DNA of 64,000 nt from positions 15,624,001 to 15,688,000 of the forward strand of contig OZ241831.1 in assembly GCA_965202585.1 (NCBI GenBank), written 5' to 3'. Positions 36,601 through 45,600 of this stretch are shown here, in pieces. This DNA comes from Thalia democratica. Taxonomy: Eukaryota. The notes under the pieces were generated by a model. It was not told the DNA's origin. It made no database searches and was given only the letters and a program-made list of their open reading frames with translations. Position numbers and translations under genes: made by a program. Positions within the stretch are counted from its first letter, which is position 1. Every line of letters starts with the position of its first letter.

Positions 36601-39600
36601 TTTCATAAACAGTCTAACTACCGATATGCTTTTATTAAAGGTCGTTTCACTACAACGGACTTTAAGTAAGTTCAAACTCTGTTTAAGGTGTAGTCATTTT
36701 GAAGCTTATGTCATGCTCGCTATTAACTACTGATTTTTTTTTCTTCAGCCAAGTTAAAAAAACATGCGACGAGATAAAACAAACACGGTATGTATGGTAA
36801 GGAAAAGCGAGTTCAAAAAAGTTCAAAACACTATGCAGTTGTAAAAGTTACTCGGTGACGACTTTCGCTTTTATTTATTTATGAGTTTAGAGCTCGTTAC
36901 ACTTAAAAATTGAGGTTTTCGCGGCGATTTTAAGCAACTTCAACGGTAGCTCAAACAAGACGAAAAATGTTAAAAGAACTTAAAAGTTTAATAAAAAAGT
37001 TAAAAGAGTTCAAATGCAACACTTAAAACGTCCCAGCCAAGTTATGATGGATGCAATCTATGATGAAAAACTTTTTTCATAAATGAACTTTTTCTAAGGC
37101 AAAGTTAAATAAATATGATAAAGTGCAGAACTTTAGATTAGCTATTTGTCATTTTAAAGTACGTTTCATGTGTAAACTTACACTTTTCGATGTAATTGAA
37201 AACCCAGGCATTTCACGATGTGTTGGTTTCAGCTTGCTAAGTCAACAAAACTTCCTTTTCATTAAATAAAAAATGGCAAAATAGTATTTTTTGTTAAAAA
37301 TAAAAGTACGAAAACAAATAGAAAGCTAAAGTTCAAAAAAACAGGTTTCATTTTTTAGAGACAGTAACTTCAATTTTTTTAAGTAAAATATAATAAAACA
37401 AACGTTTCTTTACAAGTTCAACGTATCATGATTGTTTAACTTATACCTCGATTATCTGCAGGCAAACGTTGTGAAACGGATATCGACGAATGCGCGGACA
37501 ACCCGTGCCAAAACCACGGAAGATGCCGCAATCTGATTGGTAGGTTCAAGTGCGACTGTCGTGACGGGTTCGTTGGCGACCGCTGCCAGGGAGATGTCGA
37601 TGAGTGCGCATCTAACCCTTGTAGTGAGGAGGGTTCTGTGGAGTGCATCGAAGGGATCAACTACTACACTTGCAAGTGCAAACCTGTTAGTTTATTACAA
37701 CACTTTTGATGTTTATTTTCTGAATTTGTACCTAACCTTTGAACCTCACAGAAAAGAACTTAAGAAAAATTAATTTTATCAATATTTTTACACTTTTTGG
37801 CGTTTCCGCTTAATTAATTTTCTTTTACAACTTAACTTCATTTCATTCAAGTTTTACAAAAGCTTAGTAAATAATTTATAAACATATCTTAAAGTTTAGA
37901 AATAATGAATAATTTCATGAAGGGTTATTCTGGTAACCAGTGCCAGATAAAGACTTCTAGTTGCGCAGCGAGGCCTTGCAGAAACAATGGAAGATGCGTT
38001 GACAGCATCACCGAAACTGCTGGCTACAGGTGCATGTGCGAGAAGGTGAGATATTATTTATTAACTAACTTCTTTTGTACCTAATATTACCTATTTTTTT
38101 AAATGAAAAGTTACCTAATCCTGCTTGACATAAATAATTTTGTCAACTTTCAGGGTTTCAGAGGACCGAAGTGCGAAGAAGTAATGTCCAAGTGCGAAGT
38201 CGGAGACCTGATATGCTACAACGGAGGCACTTGTGTTGTTGACATGTGCAACTGCTTGAGTGGCTACGGTGGTATTGAGTGTCAGTACAAAATAAAAGAC
38301 CAGCCCGCCGCCCCCGGAAAAACTGTGCCCGACCCTAAAAAGCTACCTGCAGTTGGTAAGTGTATTATTTGTTAATTTTTCGTGTCGCAAAAAATTTATA
38401 TGATCAAACTATAACGGTCATATTGATTACAGAAAAGAAATGCTTAGTTGCCGAGTGTGCGAGCCTTTCTCACAACGGAGTCTGCGATGTAAGTTTTGCG
38501 AAAATGATTTACTGAATACTTGTTCATAAACACAAGCTACAACATAACTCTTTTTTCTAACAGCGTCAATGTAACTCGTTCGAGTGTGAGTACGACGGCG
38601 GCGACTGCTCATTGGGTATTGAAAATCCCTGGCCCAAGTGCAACACCGCCCTCATGTGTCAGGAGCTGTTTCACGACGGAAGTTGCGACCAGCAGTGCAA
38701 CACTGAAAACTGCTTGTTTGATGGATTCGACTGCGAAAACTCAGCCGAGGAAGATACTTGCCCGTAAGTTGTAACTTTTTGATTTAATTTTGATTTCTTG
38801 CATTTTTTTTTAACTTTTAGCATCAATAAATGTTATTTGCCAAAGAATAAAGTAGCTTTTGTTATGTTACAAAATAGTAAGTATTGGGATTATGATTTAA
38901 GAATATGTGTGAAACTTGAGTTTTTATCTTTCAATTTTTTGAGTTGTAAAAGAACTGACAACTAGATTTATCGTTTTATTTTTTAAGGAATCCTTAATGA
39001 TGTAGACTATTGCATTTAAATTTAATTTAATCTGTTTTTTTTTTGTACTGCTGGTTTTTTTCTTGAAATTTATTGACTTAAGTAACAACTTAATACTTTC
39101 AAATAGCATTTTCAGTTATTCTTTTTCAGCTTTTGTTATGAAACAGAGTTATTTATTTAAGAAACAACAACTTCCTGTGGTACTATTTTTAGTACTTTTT
39201 AATAAACATAAAGTTTAGTTATGTTTAAAACTTCATAACTCTTTGCTCAAATTACAATAACTGTTATTTTATTAAGGAGGTTTTTATAAAAACATAATTT
39301 ATTACAAATCTTAGTATGTCTTTTGTTTAACAAAGACTAACAATATTCTATTAGTGTAAAAAAGAACTAGATTTATCTGTTTACCTTTCTTATCTATTAA
39401 ACTGTGTGAAATTAAGGTCTTAAAAATTTGTAAATATTTACTTTACTCGTAGTCATTGTTCAGAAATTCGATCGTTTGTTTTGATTTTAATAACGAATGC
39501 AACACTTTAATAGTATAACTTTACCATCAGTTGTTTAGTTACATCTTTTTATAGATATTTTTTTACAGGACCAAGTACGACAAGTATTGTACTGACCACT

Positions 39601-42600
39601 ACGGCAACGGTCACTGCGATCAGGGTTGCAATTCGCAAGGTTGTGGTTGGGACGGTCTGGACTGTTTCGAAAAAGAGGACGACAAATATGCAAACGACTT
39701 ACTTGTTTGTCTTTAGTTTGAACTAAAACTTTGAATAATAATAAAGTCACAATAAGCTGACGAAGTATTAATGTTTTTATAAGAGATTAACTCTATTGTC
39801 AATATTTATTTAATTTAACTTTTGCTAAAAATCATTGTATCTATAGAGTAATTATTTATTTTTTTAATTTACTCGTTTTGTATACTAAGCCTATTGTCTT
39901 ACTAAATATCAAACCCGTAACATTTGCAGGTACTTAAAGTAGACGTAGATCCAACGGAGCTTCGTAAGAAAAAAAACGACTTTCAGAGAATGCTGGGAAA
40001 CATCCTTAAATCTGTGTGTAAGCTGCAAACCAACTCGCAAGGTGTCGTTGAAATTGACGTGGAAGATGTCATGGTTAGAATTGTAAAATTGTTTGTTAAA
40101 TAAAAAAATCATCATCGATTAGAAACAACAAACAGTGAAAATATGCTTTTGAAATATTTTTAATATGAAGGACTAGTCCATTTAAAGAAATAAAATGTTT
40201 CTTATATATTTTTCCAAGTCATAAGCAAGCACATTTTCAGGCAATCCGACAAAAAAGGTCGCTGTTCATGTCGTTTTTCATGGGCTCGGAAAGCGACGAC
40301 GTCACGACGTACTCGAACGAAACTCTCGTCCGCCGCAAACGATCGTCCATCAACTCTCAGTACAGTAAGGTGTCGGTGACGCTGAACAACCAGCAGTGCC
40401 GCAAGGAGGGCCGCGAGTGCTTCAACTCAGCTGCGGGGGCGGCCGACTACTTTGGCGCGAGGTACGCGACGGGCACGCTCAAAACGGGCTACAACATCGT
40501 TTCGGTTGGGTACAAGCCCAACAAGAAAAATCAGACTCCCATGTACCATCTGATTGCGGCGGCAGGAGCGGTCATCGTGGCAGGCTTCGTCGTGGTGGTG
40601 GTGCTGACGAAGAAGCTGAAAAGGCAGAGAGGAAAGTTGTGGGTGCCCGAAGGGTTCCAATTTCTTGCGAAGAAGGCACGAAGAAGGGAGCCAATAGGAT
40701 CGGCAGATTTCAGCTTGAAGGTTTATATTTTATGCGTGCAAAATAAACTTACAATATAAAGTTATTAGTTTACCTCTTATACTTTGCTTTTGTTTTTCTG
40801 CGTTTTTCTTAAACTGTTTTTTTTTTCTTAACGTAAAATTAATGTGTTTTAAACTTACTGCAGACAATGACTGCTAAACAAAACGATGATAATTATAACG
40901 ATTGGAGCAATCCGAACATGAAACAAACAAAAGATAACCTCAACTACTACCATGTTTGTTTACTTTAAGTTGTGTATTTACGTAAAGATTAAAGTTTATC
41001 TGAGTTATTGTAAATAAACACTCGTAAAGTTATTTAATGAAAAATATTTTTTTTGTAGCATTAAAAAAAAAAAACTTTTTGCAACTAAATGGTGATAGTA
41101 AATTAAATACTTACAGCAAAATAGCAACAACTTGAATCGACATTGGAATCAACACAGCATGGATGCCACAGAGGCACTTATTAGCAAAAACAACATTCTG
41201 ACACCACCAAGAGATAATGACTATCACACAGATCCTAATGGACCAGGTATGATAACGTCATTGCACTTTGTTTTTTAATTACTTCTCGTTAACAAATTGA
41301 GTGCAAAAAAATATTGTTTTCTTTAACATATTTTAATTGGCTAGTTAACAATTTTTCAATTAAGTTATTTTGTTAGGTGCCCTTTAATTAGTCACTTCTT
41401 TTTAAATATGTGAAAAGCAAGTTATTTAAATAACAAAACCAGAACATCCACTATACTAGCTTGTAAGACATAAAAACGTGATGCAGTTTGTTTTAGTGAA
41501 CATGAGTTTATGTTTACGTTCAGTTCACAGACAAACCGTGTTTTTGAAACTAAACCAACAAAAGTGAAACGAGAACTAAAAAAGATTTCCAGCGCTAAAC
41601 TTATGGTGCGCGCCAGCAGCTAATAACATAAAAAAAGTAGAGAAAAGAAGTAAAGTTTTTGTTGTTTGCACTAACCATGAATCTCAACAAGACTAAATAT
41701 TTACATTCCCACATAATTTTGCGTTTGCACTGAAAAAATGTTTGCCTTCTTAATTTTCTTTTCCTACGACGAGCGTCCCGCTATTTCTAACTTTTTTTCA
41801 TTCTTCTTTTTTTTGTGTTTTCTTTTGTTTTTTAATGGAGCCACTTGAAGTTAATCACTTATTTTTTGTGGAAAATATTTCATAATTGGTTCGAGGTCAA
41901 AGTGTGAAGGACGCTCATGTAATCAGCCCAAACAGTAATTAAATCTTGCCACACTTCAACGTTTTACACGAAAACTGACTTTCTTAAATACATTTTAATT
42001 TAGTTTCAGACACAATGTAAAACAATTACATTTAGTTTACACACGTTCTACACAATAAACTTGTAAGTTTTAACATGACTATAAACTTATTTAAATTGAT
42101 TGCTTTATTAAATGTTATGTTTAAACTCTAAATAACTTGTTGCTGGTTCTTGAATTTATGACGCATATATTATATAACTTAGAATACTTGTTTTATTCTA
42201 AAATATACAAAATTTGATTATAAAAATTTGCCATTACGCAAAGCTTACCATTTTAGTACCTTATTAAACGACGTTCGTCTTTTATGATTTATAGGAGTAA
42301 GCCGTGTGAGAGATTTATGTAAGAGTTAGTAATGAGGCTTGTTGTTTCAGATGGAATGACGTCATTGTTAGACGACGCTTCAAACGATGACGTCATACAA
42401 AACGGAGTGGAAACGGCTCAGATTCGCACACACAAGCATTTAATTGACCCTGCCAGTTAGTATTCGTTTTCAAACTATATTCAAATATAATTTACAGAAT
42501 TCTACGATTACAAACCTATTTACTCGAAAAAGAAACATCTTTTCACTTTTAATTACTAAGTAAAGCCATTGTTTTAGAATTCAAATTTTAATAAGTTGTA

Positions 42601-45600
42601 AAAAAACACAATACATTTAAAGCTATTGCATAAATGTTCTTTTCAAAACTTTCAAGTTTATTTTTCCCCGAGACAACAAATAACATTAATCGTAGAAACA
42701 AACAAATAAACAATGAACACTTTTAGAAGCGACCGATGGTGAATCTCCGCTGCACATCGCGGTAAGGAACTGCCGAGGTGACCAGGTGAAGCAGCTGCTC
42801 GAGCAAGGAGTGGACCCGAACTGCAAGGACAAGAAGGGAAGAACGGCCCTTCACGCCAGTATTCAGTCCGAAGTTCATCAGATATTCCAGTTGCTGCTCA
42901 GAAGTCGCGCGGTCGACATTGATTCTAAGTACGTCACGAACTTTTCTATTTGTTGATAAAACAAAAAGTTGCTGTTGTATAACTTAAGAGTAGTAGCTAA
43001 GTATTAAATTGTGGTGAAGTTTCTAAAAAAACCACTGTTAACTTATAAAAAAGTTCTCATAAGTTTTTTACTAGATAAAGTTATTTTCAAACTTTCCTAC
43101 TTGTTAACAAAAACATAGACAAACCAGGACATTTTTTAATTTTGATTGTTAATTTTCAATTTACTTACTAACAAAAATTCCGTAGAATGCAAGACGGTTC
43201 GACTCCCCTTATTCTGGCTGTAAAACAAAACCATAAGGAAGTTGTAGAAGACTTAGTAAACTCACAAGCTGATTTGAATGCTGTGGACGATACTGGTTAG
43301 TTTTAAAACACTGTTATTCAATAGAACATAAATAAAGTGGAAAAAGTTGAGTTTTAGTAGTTTTGGTTTGTTTACAGACAAAGTTAAGAGTTTTAAAAAT
43401 TAAACTGTTGTACCTGTTACGGTAATAAAACTATCCGTAGAAAAAAGTTAAAATATTTTCAAATAAAAAAATTTCTTTTAAATTATAACAAACATTTGTA
43501 TACTTGGAAGTTGAAAGTAGGCAACTACTAACTTCAAGTAACTTTACTTTTTCAAGAAAACTCATGTTTTTATTAATTCGGTTTATTAGGAAACATTAGT
43601 TAACAGTGTAAGTACACTTCCGACCGTTTCATTCCGCAAGAACCTTACCTTAAGCTAAATTTTCTAATAAACTTCATAACTAACAAATCTATTTTTAAAG
43701 ATCGATAGCATCTCGCAACCGCTTCTAGTTCACGCAAGTGCGCATCGCCAACAACTTTTCATGTTTTTGCCACCGGAGCGGTCTGCGTTTAATTAAGGCT
43801 GCGGCCTGCTGATTGGTTGTGTTGAGGTCTCTCCGGTCGTTGTTGATTGCGTAATCGAGAAAAAATTTGTGGTCGATACGGCTGCGGAAGAGAAGTTTGC
43901 CGAAAACTTGAGAACTTTTTTTTTTGCTTCGAAAATCGTGATCGAAGGGCTAGTTTCAGCAGATTTTCGTGCACATGCAGTGTTTACCTTCGTGTTTTGC
44001 TGATATGATAACAAAATCAACGTGCTCTTTTCCGCTAACTAAAGAAGTTAATCTCAAAAATATCAGCGCAAATAGAGTTAGCACGTATAAGCGAAAACAA
44101 TACTGCAACATCATTTGCGTATAAGCTCAATTGCTTATGGATAGTAGAAGCGCTAAAATAGAAAATAAGTATTAAGTATTTTAATTTTTGCGTGCACAAA
44201 ATTTAAATGTAAACCTAATGCTGTCATAACAGATTAGAATAAAGTTGTCAAAGACTAGACTTTTTATTTTTTTGCGAATTTTTACCCTTAAGCAGCTACA
44301 GTCTAACTAATTTATAATATTCTAAATAGCATATTTGTCAACAGGAAAGGCTGCTTTGCACTGGGCCGCAGCAATGAACAATCTCCACGCGATGGCGGTG
44401 TTGCTGAGAGCAGGAGCCAATAGGGACGTGCAGAGCGAGTTGGAAGAAACTCCCCTTTTCCTGGCCGCCAGAGAGGGAAGCGACAGAGCGGTTCAGATGT
44501 TGTTGGACTTCCAAGCAAACAGGGACGTCACCGATCACATGGACAGGTGACTGTTTATTTAAAGTGTTTTATGAATTTCAAATTTTTGGTTGAGATAAAC
44601 CTTTGTTCAAAAAAAAAGTTTTTTTTTTACTTTAAAGTTAGTAATAATTTTTGTTACGAATTTTAACATTTAAGTAATAAATGTACACTTTTAGTTATAA
44701 TTGTATGTATTGCTCATTAAAAAGAAATGTAGCACTTTATCTACATACTGTAAAACAATACAAACTATGTGTTGTTTTGTTTAAGTTTTATACAAAGATA
44801 TTTATTATTAGAATGAATATTTTGAAATACAAAAACAAAAACAAGTTTCGTTTTATTATGATTGATTTAAAGATTACTCAATAAATTTAGAAACTGCAAA
44901 ACAAGTTATAATAAACATCACAAGTTGTTTAATAAACTTTGCAAATTCTTGAAACGTTTTTCTCTTTAACTTTATTAAGCTTCATGCTCGATTGTGAATT
45001 CGCAAATTACTAGTTTCAACTTTAATGTCAGGTTTTATCAGATTAACACAGTATATTGCGTTTTGCACTTCTCAGACGTGTAAACAGCCAATTTCGTAAG
45101 CAACACTCACAAAATGACTATCATGTTTGGAAGTATATAGTTTTGTTTGTATATATGTAGTTATTCGTTATTTAAAACAAATAGTTTTTGCAATAACGAA
45201 TTAAGTATATTTTTTTTTGTTTTCAACAAGCTTTAAGAAGTTGTTTATTCTAGTTCCCAAATAATATAGTCATTAAAACGCTTTTACAAGTCAATATAAA
45301 GTCATACTTATGTTGTTTATCGCAACTAATTAGATATTTGTCGATCATATACACACAATATAATGTAAAATAACAAGTACTTCAGAGGAACATTAACTAC
45401 TACAATAACTTTTATTGTTTATACTAAGTATGTGAGAATGAACTGGAATGATTATAAAGTACAATGCTAAATAATAAAAGTAGAAATACAAAAGAGTTTC
45501 TAATCTATTTAGAACTTTGATAAAAAATTTACTTGGTGCTTTTATAAGATTAAATTTCTAATTATAGAATGAGAAATAAAGTTAGAACACAAAAGCTTTA

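Noticed and set aside
40396-40746. 116-aa overlapping alternate-frame ORF in exon 34
   Set aside because: GTG start and expected by chance in a high-GC3 exon; no independent support.
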